Shown here: positions 62,168 to 64,000 of the stretch, one piece after another
Layout of the letters: every line of letters begins with the position of its first letter
Numbering within the stretch: position 1 is the first letter of the stretch
DNA from: Meyerozyma guilliermondii
Lineage: Eukaryota
Assembly (NCBI GenBank): GCA_051546255.1
Contig: CP128821.1
Coordinates: forward strand, 62,001 to 126,000
Length of the DNA stretch: 64,000 bases
Reading direction: 5' to 3'
Translations under genes and position numbers: made by a program
Notes under the pieces: model-generated
What the model was told of the DNA's origin: nothing
The model's input: the letters and a program-made list of their open reading frames with translations, nothing else
Databases searched by the model: none

Positions 62168-63173
62168 CGTTCCTGCACACACCACCAGTACTTCATTCAT
62201 CGCACTCAACACTCATTCTCCATGCTAGATCCCCAGTCGTTGGAGATCATCTCCCAGTTCAAACAGTCGTTGTTCCAGCGCCGGACAGCTGTCCAGCCCC
62301 CGGCATTGGTCGTTTCAAACCGGGGAAACAAACTCTCAAGTTCCGGTTTGGGCGGACCGGCTGACGGCGACCTTCGAACAAAACTTGTCGAATACGATAA
62401 CACCTCACAGGTGGTGTATACTAATGACGAACTAGAGCGCAGTAATCGACGGAGCAAGCGCAAGTGGAATGCGGAACATGGAGTAAATGACGACGATAAC
62501 GAGTCAGAAACCAGTGACTCGGACCCCGGCTCAGACGATGACCATCCACTTAAAAAGATCCGACTTTCGGAAATTTTGGCACCATTGACACACCCGTCCG
62601 AGTTGGTGACACATACTGCAATCCTGAAGACTTACAAACTGCCGGTGTTTACCAATTTGGCCAATAATCTCATCCATCTCATTGAGGTGGAACAGAACAA
62701 CTTGAACTGGCTCAACAAGCTTTTGCAAGTCTTGAACGGAGAAGACTGGTACTATGTGCTCGAGGACAAGATGGGTCTCGAAAAATACGACCATGGGCTT
62801 AACGACGATGGAAAATCGACGGAAAATGGCAACGACGACCAGGGCGATGACAAAAGAATTACAAGAAGCACCAACCTGCTGGAGGTCAATGACCCGTTCT
62901 TTGCTCTCCCAGAGACGTTTAAGCGCTACGAGGCGTTCCAGACCCGCCTGACAGAAGAACCTGAAGATCCTGCTCGGGAAGAGTTGATCAACTATCTCCA
63001 GGTGAGCATCCAGCGACAGCACGAATACATTAAAAATTTGACCCAGCTCCGCAATGGGTTGGTTCGGGCCGACCGGCTCAAGCAGGACTTGCTCAAGTGG
63101 GCGAAAGAGATGCACGACAAGAAGTCTACGTAACAGTGGTTACTTGCAGGCTCGTTCCTGCACACACCACCAG
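62168..63173 (+). repeat. Exact 21-bp direct repeat CGTTCCTGCACACACCACCAG
   Basis: Copies at 62168-62188 and 63153-63173. Confidence 0.95.
62222..63133 (+). CDS. RXT2: Rpd3L histone deacetylase complex subunit Rxt2
   Basis: ISQFKQSL..SNRGNKL..IRLSEILAPLTHPSELVTH; ATG at 62222. Confidence 0.85.
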   Translation: MLDPQSLEIISQFKQSLFQRRTAVQPPALVVSNRGNKLSSSGLGGPADGDLRTKLVEYDNTSQVVYTNDELERSNRRSKRKWNAEHGVNDDDNESETSDSDPGSDDDHPLKKIRLSEILAPLTHPSELVTHTAILKTYKLPVFTNLANNLIHLIEVEQNNLNWLNKLLQVLNGEDWYYVLEDKMGLEKYDHGLNDDGKSTENGNDDQGDDKRITRSTNLLEVNDPFFALPETFKRYEAFQTRLTEEPEDPAREELINYLQVSIQRQHEYIKNLTQLRNGLVRADRLKQDLLKWAKEMHDKKST

Positions 63174-63209
63174 CCTTCAAAAGTCGCGGCGCGTCTTTTT
63201 TCATCAACC

Positions 63210-63989
63210 ATGCTTGAAGGAAAATTTGACGAAGCGTCTCTCTTGAAAAAAATCGTAGATTCCATCAAGGATTGCGTCAAACTATGCAATTTCAACTGCA
63301 CAGAACACGGAATTACCGTGCAAGCGGTGGACGATTCCAGAGTTTTGTTGGTTTCTTTGTTGGTGGGTCAAACCGCGTTCAGCGAGTATCGTTGTGACCG
63401 CAATATTACATTGGGAATTGACTTGGAGAGTTTTTCCAAGATTATTCGATGCGGAAACAACGAGGACTACTTGACGTTGTTGGCTGAGGACAATCCCGAC
63501 AACGTGATGACGATTTTCGAGGACAAGAAGAAGGAGAGGGTTAGTGAATATTCGTTGAAATTGATGGATATCGACTCGGAGTTCTTGAAAATCGACGACA
63601 TGGAGTACGATAGTGTGATAAATATGCCCTCGAGCGAATTTGCCAAGATTGTTCGTGATTTGAAGAATTTGAGTGAATCGTTGAACATCATTGTCACCAA
63701 GGATTCGGTGAAATTTACTTCCGAGGGTGAAAGCGGTACTGGATCGGTGGTTTTGAAGCCATACACCGACATGGACCACCCTGAGGAGAGCATCAACGTG
63801 AATTTGGAGAATCCTGTCGACTTGACGTTTGGATTGAAGTACTTGAATGATATTATCAAGGCTACTAGTTTGTCGGGATCCATCAGCATCAAGTTGGCCG
63901 ACAAGACCCCAGCATTGTTTGAATACAAGTTGGACGCGGGCGGCTACTTGAGATTCTACTTGGCACCCAAATTCGATGAAGATGATTAA
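63210..63989 (+). CDS. POL30: PCNA sliding clamp
   Basis: MLEGKF..QAVDDSRVLLVSL..YSLKLMDIDSE..LRFYLAPKF; CGCG sites at about 63185-63194. Confidence 0.98.
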   Translation: MLEGKFDEASLLKKIVDSIKDCVKLCNFNCTEHGITVQAVDDSRVLLVSLLVGQTAFSEYRCDRNITLGIDLESFSKIIRCGNNEDYLTLLAEDNPDNVMTIFEDKKKERVSEYSLKLMDIDSEFLKIDDMEYDSVINMPSSEFAKIVRDLKNLSESLNIIVTKDSVKFTSEGESGTGSVVLKPYTDMDHPEESINVNLENPVDLTFGLKYLNDIIKATSLSGSISIKLADKTPALFEYKLDAGGYLRFYLAPKFDEDD

Positions 63990-64000
63990 ATACTAATATA

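Noticed and set aside
1..64000. CRISPR arrays, rRNA, transposase or retroelement ORFs; the many antisense shadow ORFs
   Set aside because: None recognised; the repeats lack unique spacers, and the shadow ORFs lie opposite well-supported genes with no motifs of their own.

Overview
Gene-dense 64 kb of a budding-yeast chromosome from the CUG-Ser (CTG/Serinales) clade. CTG codons sit at conserved Ser positions, so the supplied translations mis-call some Ser as Leu. About 40 protein genes, one tRNA-Asp(GTC) and five short spliceosomal introns (43-64 nt) were resolved by hand. Most of the window is housekeeping (RFC5, VPS24, MRPL16, MSF1, TAH18, RSC4, MSS1, IND1, DGK1, KIN1/2, ATP17, LSM6, ARH1, VPS71, MDM35, ASK1, CRD2, SDH6, RGA2, HSX11, CAT2, RFX2-like, PRS, ATG11, RXT2, POL30). 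Two accessory regions stand out. (1) At 169-8266, a 5-oxoprolinase, a Zn2Cys6 regulator (DNA-binding domain hidden behind two micro-introns) and a Dal5-family transporter lie together and share an upstream TCCGATA motif: a candidate self-regulated pyroglutamate/cyclic-amide utilisation cluster. (2) At 59191-62025 there is a tandem triplication of UPF0303/DUF336 (GlcG/HbpS-like) genes, with two diverged copies, one interrupted by a single in-frame TAA. A 21-bp exact direct repeat also brackets RXT2. Family and gene names come from motif recognition only; no database search was run.
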